Source of the DNA: Escherichia phage ECML-359
Strand: one strand, 5' to 3'
Sequence record: OL631482.1
Length of the DNA stretch: 64,000 nt
A program made the translations under genes and the position numbers. Below are positions 9,014-18,349 of the stretch, piece after piece. The first letter of the stretch is position 1; each line of letters begins with the position of its first letter. Under the pieces are notes generated by a model. The model was not told where the DNA came from and searched no databases. It saw nothing but the letters and a program-made list of their open reading frames with translations.

Positions 9014-10298
9014 AAGCCAACTGGCTCGCTAATGAAGCTTCGGCCATATGGATGCATGGAGTATAGATGAATGCTTTGTCCACTGAAACGCCCTGTGCCT
9101 TATGGATTGTACTGACCGGAAGAGCACGGACTTTCAAGAAGGTCCTGCGCGCTTTCCAGAAGTCTTTCCACTCTGGACGTTTACCAGCGGCTTTCATCTG
9201 TTTGTATGTGTCAGCAACTTTCGCCAGATATGCCTGGAATTTTGGTTGCTGGTCTTCTGGTAAAACTTTAATGCGGTCAACCTGATATTCTTCATCTTCA
9301 TCAATTGACTCAACTTCCAGGTCCCAGTAATTAATCACTAACTGGTGCGATTCGCCTTTACAACGGAGAATGGTGGAAGTGTATTTGCAATCCTTGATGC
9401 GAACCAACTGACCATTATTAAAAATGGTTTCGCTGAATTTCTTACCTTCAAATTCCAGCTCTTTCATGTGCGGCTCTTGCATAACCAGGACTTCATACGG
9501 TAAAAATGCTTTATCCGTTTCATAGAGCTTGCGACGAATAATATTGTTCAGTTTTTCAACTGATTTATTCGTGTATGCATACATCCTGTTTTCCATCAAC
9601 ATATCAGCATCTTTTACAATACTGAAATAGTTTACCATGAAATCCTTTAAAGCGGTTTGTGAGGTGAAACCTTGCACGCCATGGCCTTCATACATACAGT
9701 CGCGAAACCAGCCGCCATTGCGAATTTCTGTCGCCACTTCAATGATAGGAGCATTGCTTCGCATGACCTCAGTCAAATGAATCTGTTTGAACTTAGGGTG
9801 CGTAAAGAATGGACTTATCTTTTGTTGTGTACTTCCTGGGTCAACCGGCTGCAGCTGGTGCATATCACCAATCCCAAGAATAGTACACCATTCAGGAACA
9901 GAGTTAAGAATAATCTTAAACAGAGACCCGTCATACATACTTGCTTCATCACAAACCAGAACATTACATTTTGACATGTCAGGCATTTCGCGCTGTTCAA
10001 AAACGTTTTGGTCTTCATATGTCGTTGGGTTAATCTTCAAGATACTATGGATTGTATTCGCTGTTTGACCAGACAATTTAGATAAAACTTTTTTCGCCTG
10101 GTGAGTTGGTGCAGCAAGCACAATTCCCATAACTCCATTACGCACTAAGTGGTCAATGACAAATTTTGTCAGAGTGGTCTTACCTGTGCCAGCTGGACCA
10201 TTCAGAGTGATACATTCCCCTGAACGTCGCTGAATAGCTTCAGTAATATAATCAAAAGCTTCTTTTTGTCCTGTGTTCAAGTCTTCAAATTTAATCAT
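8970..10298 (-). CDS. dda: Dda DNA helicase (SF1B, 442 aa)
   Basis: Walker A GPAGTGKT, Walker B-like VLVCDEASM, SF1 helicase motifs. Confidence 0.85.
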   Translation of the reverse strand: MIKFEDLNTGQKEAFDYITEAIQRRSGECITLNGPAGTGKTTLTKFVIDHLVRNGVMGIVLAAPTHQAKKVLSKLSGQTANTIHSILKINPTTYEDQNVFEQREMPDMSKCNVLVCDEASMYDGSLFKIILNSVPEWCTILGIGDMHQLQPVDPGSTQQKISPFFTHPKFKQIHLTEVMRSNAPIIEVATEIRNGGWFRDCMYEGHGVQGFTSQTALKDFMVNYFSIVKDADMLMENRMYAYTNKSVEKLNNIIRRKLYETDKAFLPYEVLVMQEPHMKELEFEGKKFSETIFNNGQLVRIKDCKYTSTILRCKGESHQLVINYWDLEVESIDEDEEYQVDRIKVLPEDQQPKFQAYLAKVADTYKQMKAAGKRPEWKDFWKARRTFLKVRALPVSTIHKAQGVSVDKAFIYTPCIHMAEASLASQLAYVGITRARYDAYYV

Positions 10299-10594
10299 GC
10301 CAATTTTACTCGCTTAACATATAAAGTATCTAAAATTAATTTCAATTCTCGTGCGTGTTCTTCAGTAGGAAAAACAGTTTTTGTTTCCCACTTATCAAAC
10401 CACCATTTTCTAGGTGTGCATACTGTTTCAATACGTCCCATGCGTAAATAGCGGCTTGTAGTATATGAATAGTTAGCAAGTTCATATTCTGCGCCCACTT
10501 TTGTGGTGTATAAGGTAACCTTTCCATCATACTCCAATGGGTGTTCAAAACCATCTTTATCTTTGTGGACCAGCACATATGCGTAGTACATCAC
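10295..10594 (-). CDS. hypothetical protein (dda.1 position)
   Basis: 99 aa minus ORF overlapping dda start. Confidence 0.45.
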   Translation of the reverse strand: MMYYAYVLVHKDKDGFEHPLEYDGKVTLYTTKVGAEYELANYSYTTSRYLRMGRIETVCTPRKWWFDKWETKTVFPTEEHARELKLILDTLYVKRVKLA

Positions 10595-10595
10595 A

Positions 10596-11339
10596 TTAAC
10601 CTCTAATCAGTTTAAAAATTGACGCGTTCAAAGGCAGACCACGTTTCAGTTTAAGGCGGTCAATGAATGACAACTTATCTAAACGCTCCAGACCTTGAAT
10701 AATTTTATCATACATATCGTAACGCGTTTCAGCGTCAGATGATTTCATTTTCAGACGCCAGTCAGGACCACCCATAACCATTTTCAGCCCACGTTGACTA
10801 GTTCCGATGGAAGCCATTTGTCCATGGATACGAGCCTTGACTGCAATCACAGAAGGGGTGGTATCTTTAGCGCCACTTTTATAAAGCTCTTTTAAATGTT
10901 TTTGACGCTTCTTGATTCCACGCTCGGTATCTTTAATATTTTTAACAATTTTGCGAATTTTATAATAGTCAGCGGGAGTTACTTTAAAACTATTGGGCAT
11001 CTTAGAACCGCCATTAATACGCACCGCCAAACGAGTCTGTGCACGTTTAAGTTCATCAAGAGATAAATCAGCACGTAAACCGTTGTACTTAGTTTTGACA
11101 GGGATAACATTGCCTTCAATATAACCTATATCATTGTTAAAGCGTTCAAAGGAAACTTTATCTTGAGTTGAATTTTCATCAAAACGTTCACCAGAATACG
11201 CACAGAATTCTTGTTTCAAAAGATTGGCGATATACTTACTAGACAGATTGAAATCCTTGTTACGACGTTTTGCAGACGTTTTGGTATGCTCGCGACGTTT
11301 GTAAACTTTTAATTCAAACTCTTCTTTTGACATATTCAT
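10596..11339 (-). CDS. srd: Srd-position protein (247 aa) with degenerate HNH-like motif
   Basis: Position between dda.1 and modA as in T4; motif CAYSGERF...SFERFNNDIGYIEGNVIPV resembles HNH core lacking Cys/His ligands. Confidence 0.45.
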   Translation of the reverse strand: MNMSKEEFELKVYKRREHTKTSAKRRNKDFNLSSKYIANLLKQEFCAYSGERFDENSTQDKVSFERFNNDIGYIEGNVIPVKTKYNGLRADLSLDELKRAQTRLAVRINGGSKMPNSFKVTPADYYKIRKIVKNIKDTERGIKKRQKHLKELYKSGAKDTTPSVIAVKARIHGQMASIGTSQRGLKMVMGGPDWRLKMKSSDAETRYDMYDKIIQGLERLDKLSFIDRLKLKRGLPLNASIFKLIRG

Positions 11340-11414
11340 GATATTTTTCTCATCTTACGGACGTGAATAACTCAGTACGGAATCATTATATACTATTCAT
11401 CTTTCATGTACACC
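11340..11414 (-). promoter_or_regulatory. PeSL-like early promoter cassette (variant B leader)
   Basis: GTGTACA ... TATAAT followed by GATTCCGTACTGAGTTA leader. Confidence 0.55.
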
Positions 11415-11472
11415 ACTTTTTCGCCTTTAACGCTTTTATTTTTACTGTGTATAATGGTTCTAAGGTCTTTGG

Positions 11473-12087
11473 TTAGTTCAAAACAGTCAAATGCCAAACA
11501 GTATACAGGGTATTCAATGGGTGTGTTTCAATCAAGTCTACGCGGAGCGTAGTCCCAGCGGGAAACATAAACTCATCTTCATCATTAACCAGGTGCAAGT
11601 TTGACTTCCTGGTTGCTTCTGGATATGCACCATTGAACTCTTCAGGAGGAGCACCGCAAATCATTTTGAAGATTGCTTCCTGATAGTTATACGCATATGG
11701 TGCATTGTTTATACAGAAAATGTTCCTTGTGCCATAGAAACTGTATGATGCGAAATTTCTTGCAACTTGCCAGTCCCTGGAAAAACTCATTACACGATTG
11801 AATTCAATTGTTGCACCAACATATCTTAAATCTTCCAGGTATTCCATGGTTTTCTTTGATATACCACGGAACAATGCTGCCGGCGGTGCAGTATTCAGAT
11901 TGTTGCGGATAATCCTGGACAAGTCTTCTTGAATCAGGTCAGGTTTATTTTCCATACACTGCCAGAGTACTGATTGCTCATTATTTGTGTAAAGAGCATC
12001 AATCTCCGCTTGACATTGGTTACGAAAAGACTCACTAGAAGCGGCAGTGTCAATAATTCCATTCAAAACGTCATCAGTGTACAGCAT
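11473..12087 (-). CDS. modA: ModA-like ADP-ribosyltransferase
   Basis: R-S-E type motifs (FRGISKK, MSFSRD, EDEFMF); N-terminal ...STTDEDNK of track ORF is PeSL leader, start set to MLYTDDV. Confidence 0.6.
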   Translation of the reverse strand: MLYTDDVLNGIIDTAASSESFRNQCQAEIDALYTNNEQSVLWQCMENKPDLIQEDLSRIIRNNLNTAPPAALFRGISKKTMEYLEDLRYVGATIEFNRVMSFSRDWQVARNFASYSFYGTRNIFCINNAPYAYNYQEAIFKMICGAPPEEFNGAYPEATRKSNLHLVNDEDEFMFPAGTTLRVDLIETHPLNTLYTVWHLTVLN

Positions 12088-12149
12088 TTTATTATCCTCA
12101 TCAGTAGTTGATAGGAACATCTTAACGTGTCTTATTGCTCTTGTACACA
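12088..12149 (-). promoter_or_regulatory. PeSL-like early promoter cassette
   Basis: GTGTACAAG (overlaps modB 3' end) ... CTATCAACTACTGATGAGGATAAT leader. Confidence 0.55.
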
Positions 12150-12692
12150 GTCAAGAACATAATAATCATCAATAAATCCAGCATCAACTACCACGAATTT
12201 CTGGTCAACTGGAACAAACCATTCAAGCTCAGAATCAATCATGTCCATGTATTCTTCGCGCCTTAATGTAGCTGCCCGGGCGGAACCAGAAGCTGTATTG
12301 AAGAATTCCAGTGGAACGTCAAGCGCGATTTTGCGCATTGCATCATGGTAGCAAAAAGCTTTGGTCTGATTCAATCTGACGATAGTCCTAGTCACATATT
12401 CCATTGCAGCAAAATCCCTGGCAATACCATAGTCTTCTGTAAAGGAGGTTACCCGTCCAAATTCAAAAGGTTGCATTGATTCTTTTGCTTCATCTAATAA
12501 ATCAATCTCTTGCTGGGTTACTCCGCGCCACAAGACTGTATCGGGTATAGACAACCTTGACTTGATGATTGAGTTGACATTTGAATGCAAGGTCTTATCA
12601 ACCTTTGATGTGCGGCATTCAAATAATGAAGCTATCTCCATTTCACTAAATTTTAACTGGTTGGGTTCGGTATCAGATTTGATGATGTTCAT
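12132..12692 (-). CDS. modB: ModB-like ADP-ribosyltransferase (186 aa)
   Basis: R-S-E motifs (WRGVTQQ, TSFTED, ELEWFVP); paralog of modA in tandem. Confidence 0.6.
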   Translation of the reverse strand: MNIIKSDTEPNQLKFSEMEIASLFECRTSKVDKTLHSNVNSIIKSRLSIPDTVLWRGVTQQEIDLLDEAKESMQPFEFGRVTSFTEDYGIARDFAAMEYVTRTIVRLNQTKAFCYHDAMRKIALDVPLEFFNTASGSARAATLRREEYMDMIDSELEWFVPVDQKFVVVDAGFIDDYYVLDCVQEQ

Positions 12693-12749
12693 AATGGTCT
12701 CTCTGTTGTAAGAAAGACCATTATGTCATTAGGAGGGGAGTAAGTAAAC
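12693..12749 (-). promoter_or_regulatory. early promoter (GTTTAC -35, CATAAT -10) with stem-loop GGTCTTTCTT...AGAGAGACC
   Basis: Read directly upstream of modB. Confidence 0.5.
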
Positions 12750-13024
12750 TACTTAAACACTCCAAGTGGAACGCCAAAGACTGCAATGTCTACGGCCATG
12801 CCAATAGGAGATTGATATGATGAGTTAGGAGATTGATATGATGAGTAAGAACTTTTCGATTCTGTCGGTCGTTCGGCTTTAATTGTCTCGGATTCAGTCT
12901 TAAGCCTTTGTAACCGATTAATTTTTTGTTGCTCGATTTCCTTATGAGCATGTTTACGGTCGATATCCAGCGCCGATGTGGGAATATTTGTTAACCAGTT
13001 CATTGTTTCACCCATGGTGCCCAT
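12749..13024 (-). CDS. hypothetical protein with Ser/Tyr-rich repeat and C-terminal hydrophobic segment
   Basis: ...SSYQSPNSSYQSPIGMAVDIAVFGVPLGVFK; contains 21-bp tandem repeat. Confidence 0.4.
   Translation of the reverse strand: MGTMGETMNWLTNIPTSALDIDRKHAHKEIEQQKINRLQRLKTESETIKAERPTESKSSYSSYQSPNSSYQSPIGMAVDIAVFGVPLGVFK
12805..12846. repeat. perfect 21-bp tandem repeat x2 (taggagattgatatgatgagt)
   Basis: In-frame duplication encoding SSYQSPN/SSYQSPI. Confidence 0.8.
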
Positions 13025-13178
13025 GGAGGTGGGTCGTCATAATATGAGGCCAGGTCGCGTAGAACTTCCAAAGGGAGGCTAAAACCGTGCTTCTGTATAA
13101 TCGCATCAAGTTCGTCAACTAGGTCCACACGGGCTTCCGTAGGAGCTTTAGGCTCTTCAAAAAGTTCAAATAAATCCA

Positions 13179-13661
13179 TTAGTAACCACCGATAGGGCCG
13201 TAACCATACATACGAGCTCGGACTTTAGTATCGTGCATAGCTTCTTCTGTTAAAGTAAAGCGCAGACCAATATCAAAGTGTTTCCAAATCTGACGTTCGA
13301 CTTCAGCAAGGTCGTCGGTAGTGGAAATCAGATATGTGCGACCTTGAAGACGTTCAGTGGCCATTTTATCTCTATCTTTATAGAAAATGGTATCTTCTCC
13401 ATAAAGGTCTGGGTGACGATAGCCTTTGATGTGCAGAGCTTCAGAAACAGTAAACGGACACCCTTCGGCAACATCAACGTTTTTTCTATGAAATACCTTC
13501 AGCATAACGTTTTCTGGCATCGTCAATTTCATTAATTTTGTTTCCAATGCAGTGACCGAATCCATGCCATTGTAAACCATGATAAGGCATGCGGTAGCAT
13601 CGTAAGGTCGTGTTTGACCTGCCGAATCACGGACATAGAATTCTAATTCATATACTTTCAT
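13179..13661 (-). CDS. hypothetical protein (160 aa, mrh position)
   Basis: Minus ORF in modB-soc interval. Confidence 0.45.
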   Translation of the reverse strand: MKVYELEFYVRDSAGQTRPYDATACLIMVYNGMDSVTALETKLMKLTMPENVMLKVFHRKNVDVAEGCPFTVSEALHIKGYRHPDLYGEDTIFYKDRDKMATERLQGRTYLISTTDDLAEVERQIWKHFDIGLRFTLTEEAMHDTKVRARMYGYGPIGGY

Positions 13662-13803
13662 AATGTTTTCCTCTTACCAACTAATGGACCATCAGGAACT
13701 TTATTTTCCTTGATGTACTTTTCGTTTTCTTCCATCATTTTACTGCCAATTTTCAAAAGCAAATCCAGTGCTTCTTTTGCCCGGCGTTCAGCATCTTCTT
13801 GTG

Positions 13804-13998
13804 TCATGATTTATCTCCGTAGATATCACGCATCAGTTTAAGCGCTGCTCGTTCAGTCTTCTTTTCCTGCATGGCTTTAAGCCCGTTAACGGCCCATTCT
13901 TCGGCTTCGCGCTGCATTTCTTCCTCGGCTCTGGCCACCCAGGAATCATCAATCCCTGGAGTAACCAACCAATCTTTAAGCCAACTTGTAATTCTCAT
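13804..13998 (-). CDS. hypothetical protein (64 aa)
   Basis: Minus ORF; stop overlaps start of a further 48-aa ORF downstream. Confidence 0.4.
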   Translation of the reverse strand: MRITSWLKDWLVTPGIDDSWVARAEEEMQREAEEWAVNGLKAMQEKKTERAALKLMRDIYGDKS

Positions 13999-14340
13999 TT
14001 AATCACACGAGCTGGAAGACGAATCACAGCTTCCTGAATCATAGGAGGAATAAGACGAATCACCGGTCCACGAACTAACTGCGGCAGCGGTGACCACAAT
14101 CGAAGTAGTATCGATACTACTTTGCGCTTGGGCTCTTTGTTCTTGCAGTCGAGTTAAACGTTTTTGTAAGTCTTCTTCTGACATTGTAGAATATAGGTCT
14201 TTTGATTTCGATTTGACCACTTCTTCCATCATGCCGTCACCCATGTAAACATATTCTCTTAGCTTAACATCCGGCAGGCTAACCGGAACCACACCTTCGC
14301 CAGGTTTAGTCTTGAATAAATTCTTGAGCCAACTAATCAT
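13999..14340 (-). CDS. hypothetical protein with Ser-rich C-terminal tail
   Basis: ...TGDSSYSSYDSGSCDSSSSSCD low-complexity tail. Confidence 0.4.
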   Translation of the reverse strand: MISWLKNLFKTKPGEGVVPVSLPDVKLREYVYMGDGMMEEVVKSKSKDLYSTMSEEDLQKRLTRLQEQRAQAQSSIDTTSIVVTAAAVSSWTGDSSYSSYDSGSCDSSSSSCD

Positions 14341-14534
14341 AGGAAACCTCGTTTAAATTCAACTTGACCATCATCATAACGGATTTCAATATTGAATTCT
14401 AAAGAGTCATCGTCATGCATCATGAATGAATGTACGATAACTTCATCAAACACACCCAGACCATACTTAAAATGGACATCATGAGCAATAATTTCATCTA
14501 AAGCTTTGTTTGGTTTAATCCAACGGTTTAACAT
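14337..14534 (-). CDS. hypothetical protein (65 aa)
   Basis: Minus ORF overlapping downstream start by 4 nt. Confidence 0.4.
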   Translation of the reverse strand: MLNRWIKPNKALDEIIAHDVHFKYGLGVFDEVIVHSFMMHDDDSLEFNIEIRYDDGQVEFKRGFL

Positions 14535-14582
14535 AGTATTCTCCTCTGTAATTGAAATAATTATACCGCTTCTATTAAAAGC

Positions 14583-14605
14583 AAAAAGGGAACCCGAAGG
14601 TTCCC
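14583..14605 (-). terminator. terminator hairpin GGGAACC-cgaa-GGTTCCC with T run (minus)
   Basis: Immediately downstream of soc. Confidence 0.7.
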
Positions 14606-14610
14606 TATAA

Positions 14611-14844
14611 TTAAACTACTGGGGTAGGCGTAAACATCGCCGCGTTCTTAGTTCGCCAATCAGCTGCACTAGACGCTACGGTGACATAAGCGGCCTTTTC
14701 GGAAGGAAAAGTCTGATAGTGTGCATTCGCAATACGATGCTCATTTGAATAGATTTCAAACGGAACAGATACTTCAACACCTTTAACTTCTTTACCTTCA
14801 CCAGCTGGATGCGTAAAGGTTTTGATATTAACGAAACCACCCAT
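14611..14844 (-). CDS. soc: small outer capsid protein Soc (77 aa)
   Basis: VNIKTF...HYQTFPSEKAAY matches T4 Soc; late promoter upstream. Confidence 0.75.
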   Translation of the reverse strand: MGGFVNIKTFTHPAGEGKEVKGVEVSVPFEIYSNEHRIANAHYQTFPSEKAAYVTVASSAADWRTKNAAMFTPTPVV

Positions 14845-14875
14845 AATTAACTCCTTTGTTGTTTAATTACGGGTG

Positions 14876-14883
14876 TATTTATA
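14876..14883 (-). promoter_or_regulatory. late promoter TATAAATA for soc
   Basis: Exact octamer on minus strand about 30 nt upstream of soc ATG. Confidence 0.6.
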
Positions 14884-14885
14884 AC

Positions 14886-15404
14886 TTAATAACCCCGGTC
14901 CTGACGAGCGAAGTTTTCAGCATTTTTCAGGTAATACAGTTTAAAGATTTCTTCTGCTGACAGACCAAGACCATGGAACATGTTCAGAACAAAGTGCAGG
15001 ATGTCAATCATCTCAAATTTAATTTCGAGCTGGTCTTCAGGAGACAACTCATCAATACGACGATTACGGAATTCAGCATGTTGGGCTTTCCACGGTTTCC
15101 AACAACTTGAGGCTGCTTTCTCGCCATTAGACATACCCCCGAGAGAAGTCAGAAGTTCACGGAATTCGTCGTCGACATAATCTTTCTGGTTACGAAGCCA
15201 TGCAACAACATCACCTGCAGTAGCCAATTCATCTGGATGTGAGTTATATTCTGGTTTTTCAGTAGCCAGACGAACTTGCAATGATTTCTGCATATCAAGC
15301 ATAATCTGCAGCGGGTCAATACCTTTTGTAATTGCATTGTCATAAGCCAGAGCAGCTTTATCAACGCCAGCAATCAGTTGGGAACACTCGTTAAAATGAG
15401 CCAT
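14886..15404 (-). CDS. 56: MazG-like NTP pyrophosphohydrolase (gp56 position, dCTPase-like)
   Basis: ExxE...ExxD-type motifs (DEFRE, EIKFEMID); size 172 aa similar to T4 gp56. Confidence 0.55.
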   Translation of the reverse strand: MAHFNECSQLIAGVDKAALAYDNAITKGIDPLQIMLDMQKSLQVRLATEKPEYNSHPDELATAGDVVAWLRNQKDYVDDEFRELLTSLGGMSNGEKAASSCWKPWKAQHAEFRNRRIDELSPEDQLEIKFEMIDILHFVLNMFHGLGLSAEEIFKLYYLKNAENFARQDRGY

Positions 15405-15442
15405 TATATTTTCCTTATCAATTCATGTTATTTTGTATGTTA

Positions 15443-15467
15443 ATTATATCATATTGGTTTGAAGCAT
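15443..15467 (-). promoter_or_regulatory. MotA-box middle promoter (aTGCTTCA, 11 nt, TATAAT) upstream of gene 56
   Basis: Read on minus strand. Confidence 0.5.
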
Positions 15468-15488
15468 AAATACACAGAAGGAGGATAT

Positions 15489-15686
15489 ATGCTCAAACTA
15501 TCTAGTCTAATTCAAGCCATCAAAGGCAGTCGTAAGCGAACGATTCTGGTCCTTTCGATACTCTGTTTAGTTCTACTCTGGAACTTCGTTGTTGCCCCTG
15601 TTGCATTGACACATGGTGTTATATTACCAGTCATTGCACTCGAATCAGTTGTAGATATTTTACTGGCATTAATCGGCCTTATATAG
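15489..15686 (+). CDS. plus-strand small hydrophobic protein (about 65 aa, two predicted TM helices)
   Basis: AGGAGG 4 nt before ATG; MLKLSSLIQAIKGSRKRTILVLSILCLVLLWNFVVAPVAL...; only non-overlapping plus ORF here. Confidence 0.35.
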   Translation: MLKLSSLIQAIKGSRKRTILVLSILCLVLLWNFVVAPVALTHGVILPVIALESVVDILLALIGLI

Positions 15687-15688
15687 AT

Positions 15689-15712
15689 GGAATAATGTGA
15701 ATATTATTCCAT
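15689..15712. other. perfect hairpin GGAATAAT-gtgaat-ATTATTCC
   Basis: Directly after the plus-strand small ORF stop; no clear U tract. Confidence 0.5.
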
Positions 15713-15804
15713 CGGATTTGGAAATTAACCAGTAAGAAAGACAAAAAACATCATGGGCTTTTTAGCTCTTGATGTTTTTCTGCGGAACTTACCGGAATTC
15801 CTTC

Positions 15805-16833
15805 CTAAACTTTTGCGTACTTCGAAAGTCGCATTCTCGCCATCAACCCTTGAGCAACGTTATCGGCCATATATGATTCGATTTGTTCAGGGGTTGCGCC
15901 CTCCGATTTAACCATCTCATTTATGTCTTTCGTATGCCATGGTGCATTGTCCCAGAACATAACGGCTTCACCCGCTTCAACGAGCTTCTTCATACGTTTA
16001 ATCGTATCCGGATGTCTTGGCTCGTTGTCCATTACCCATACTCGGGTTTCAGCATAAGGAACGGCTTCCAATGCTAATGTTCCACCGGTTATCGCAATGC
16101 TGTTAGGGATAAACAAACTATCAATCGGACCTTCCATTACCCACACACGTTTGCGCTCATCAATCTTGTCTACTCCGTAGACTTTGGAAGCTTCTGGGTG
16201 AGCTTTGATTGTGATATATTTTTGTGGTGCATCTTTGCGAAGAGCTCGTCCTTGGAAAGATTCGATTTCTTTTTTGCCGTTGAAGATAGGAATAACCAAG
16301 CGTGGTTCATTCGTTTCATTCTTATACGTCCCAGGATTAACGGAGTTAACTAATGCAGGCCATTTGTTTGTAAACCATAACCGGTTCCAAACATTGCTCG
16401 GAATACACCGACTTTTTACATACTTAACTATCGGATGCTCTTCTGGTAAAGTATCGATTCTTTCGCAAAAAGCAAGCTCTTCAATAACCGGAGTTTTTTC
16501 TTGTTCTTTCGGAGCTTCTGCAACTTCATTACGTTGTCGACCGAAGGCGTTTTCCTTGTACTTCTCAACCATATATTCCCGGTGCAAATCCGGCTCAAAC
16601 TCTTTTATGTATTTGCTTATATGCGTGGAGTAGTCACAGTTAAAACATTTCACGTAAACCGCACCATCAGACGGATTGGTATACGCCCAGAATCGGGCCT
16701 TGTGTGAATCTTTCTGGGAGTCACCGCAAACCTTACAACGACAGTTTGCCTTAAATGTGCTCCCGGTGACTTCTCTATAACGTGGTTGATACGATAAAGC
16801 TCTGATTGCAAATTCTCTATCAATATATGACAT
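15805..16833 (-). CDS. 61: DNA primase gp61 (342 aa)
   Basis: N-terminal zinc-binding CRCKVCGD...CFNCDY, TOPRIM-like region; T4 gp61 size. Confidence 0.9.
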   Translation of the reverse strand: MSYIDREFAIRALSYQPRYREVTGSTFKANCRCKVCGDSQKDSHKARFWAYTNPSDGAVYVKCFNCDYSTHISKYIKEFEPDLHREYMVEKYKENAFGRQRNEVAEAPKEQEKTPVIEELAFCERIDTLPEEHPIVKYVKSRCIPSNVWNRLWFTNKWPALVNSVNPGTYKNETNEPRLVIPIFNGKKEIESFQGRALRKDAPQKYITIKAHPEASKVYGVDKIDERKRVWVMEGPIDSLFIPNSIAITGGTLALEAVPYAETRVWVMDNEPRHPDTIKRMKKLVEAGEAVMFWDNAPWHTKDINEMVKSEGATPEQIESYMADNVAQGLMARMRLSKYAKV

Positions 16834-17053
16834 AGTTTCCTCATTTCAATGGCCCCGAAGGACCATTATACTGTAGGTTTATCGTCTTTATTCTTACGCT
16901 TTTTTGATGGGATTTGTTCAGGGCCTTTATTGACAACTGCCCCGGAAGTGGTACCTGTTGCGATATTAGTTGGGTTTCCACCTGCATCACCGGCAACCAT
17001 ATCTTCATTGATAAAATCTTTGAATGTTTTCATAACAACCCCCTTTCCGCTAT

Positions 17054-17245
17054 TTATACAACGAAGATAGCTTTATCGCCATTTGCATCAGTCACTTCAT
17101 AGGTGTCTTCATGATACAACGGAATAATCCAGGTAACACCATCATCAGCGATAACATGGATTGCTTCTTGGTCTTGCGACACGATTTCATATTCTTCAAA
17201 AATCTGGAAGACCGAAATCTTAGAGCCCGTACACATTGCAGTCAT
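17054..17245 (-). CDS. hypothetical protein (63 aa)
   Basis: Minus ORF in 61.x cluster. Confidence 0.35.
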   Translation of the reverse strand: MTAMCTGSKISVFQIFEEYEIVSQDQEAIHVIADDGVTWIIPLYHEDTYEVTDANGDKAIFVV

Positions 17246-17246
17246 A

Positions 17247-17615
17247 TTAACCTCGCTTCATGAAAGCATTAAAAATCTGGTCATCAATATCAGTAGGCGG
17301 TTCTTGAGATTTAACCCAGCCAGCATCCAGAATGTCATTTGCTTCAGTAGATAGCATGACCCCAATTTCAGGATTTCCGGTTATCCACGCTGCACAATCG
17401 CGTACATTCTTTTTATCAAATGGATAGCCACGAGTATCTTCATAAGGCCCATTCATTATCATAAATGAGCGAGCCTTTATGATAACGCCATCTTTAACAA
17501 TAATATAACCAATCGCCTGATTATAACGAGGCTCGCGGAATTCATAATGAGCATTACCATCATTATTTTTAACTAATTCAAAATTCAGATAAGACAAATC
17601 GCTTTGAATATACAT
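17247..17615 (-). CDS. hypothetical protein (122 aa, 61.1/61.2-like)
   Basis: C-terminus ...DDQIFNAFMKRG shared with neighbouring gene. Confidence 0.45.
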   Translation of the reverse strand: MYIQSDLSYLNFELVKNNDGNAHYEFREPRYNQAIGYIIVKDGVIIKARSFMIMNGPYEDTRGYPFDKKNVRDCAAWITGNPEIGVMLSTEANDILDAGWVKSQEPPTDIDDQIFNAFMKRG

Positions 17616-17616
17616 A

Positions 17617-18054
17617 TTAATCTCGCTTCATAAAGGCATTAAAAATTTGGTCGTCAACTGAATATACAGGGGTTTCCAGAAGTTTCAAAAGACTGTTTTT
17701 AATGTACTTACCCGGGATACCCATATTAACAATACTGTCATTCAATTCATTGTTAGGATTGATGTCTTTAAATTCAAACCCATCAAACTCAACCTTGTCA
17801 GGAATACCATCAGCGAAAAAATAAACCAATTGGTGCATTGTATTGCGCGAAAATAATTTAGACTTGACTGCAATAAGTTCTTGCCAATGGTTTAATTCTT
17901 TGTTAAGAAGCTTATGAGCAAACGTAATTCTATCATCACTATCAACAAGAAAATAACCCAGGTATTGAATTTCGTCGCTCCAAAACACCCGGTATGCCTG
18001 TGTATTTGGATTTTTACAGCGAAGTTTTTTGATAACTAAATTTCTGTTAATCAT
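17617..18054 (-). CDS. hypothetical protein (about 145 aa), paralogous C-terminus
   Basis: Ends ...VDDQIFNAFMKRD; start moved past spackle stop. Confidence 0.45.
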   Translation of the reverse strand: MINRNLVIKKLRCKNPNTQAYRVFWSDEIQYLGYFLVDSDDRITFAHKLLNKELNHWQELIAVKSKLFSRNTMHQLVYFFADGIPDKVEFDGFEFKDINPNNELNDSIVNMGIPGKYIKNSLLKLLETPVYSVDDQIFNAFMKRD

Positions 18055-18055
18055 T

Positions 18056-18349
18056 TTATTCACCTGTAACCCATTGAACAATTTTGCTATTGTCAAATGA
18101 AGCATCGCAATACAGAACATAGTTATACTGCATAACGTCACCAGAAGTCAATTTGTCAGATACTTCTTTAACCATATCAGGGCGGTCACGTTTAGTTATG
18201 TTCATAATATCAGCATAAATCTGATGTTCAACATCAGTCTGGTCAGCAGTCATAGACCACTCACAAAGGTCTTTATCAAGTCCAGCAGTAACTGGAGCTG
18301 TACCACATGATGCTACGGTAAGAATTGCCGCGATTAATAACTTTTTCAT
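18056..18349 (-). CDS. sp: spackle-like periplasmic protein (97 aa)
   Basis: Signal peptide MKKLLIAAILTVASC; T4 Sp size and 61.3 position. Confidence 0.55.
   Translation of the reverse strand: MKKLLIAAILTVASCGTAPVTAGLDKDLCEWSMTADQTDVEHQIYADIMNITKRDRPDMVKEVSDKLTSGDVMQYNYVLYCDASFDNSKIVQWVTGE

Noticed and set aside
11420-11450. Plus-strand TGTGTATAAT extended -10-like sequence
   Set aside because: No suitably spaced -35 and no plus-strand gene downstream; it would only produce antisense RNA into modA.
7955-12120. N-terminal extensions …SSTTDEDNK on ORFs 7697-8002 and 11473-12120
   Set aside because: These residues are the in-frame translation of the conserved PeSL leader; real starts are the ATG just downstream of the leader's ribosome site.
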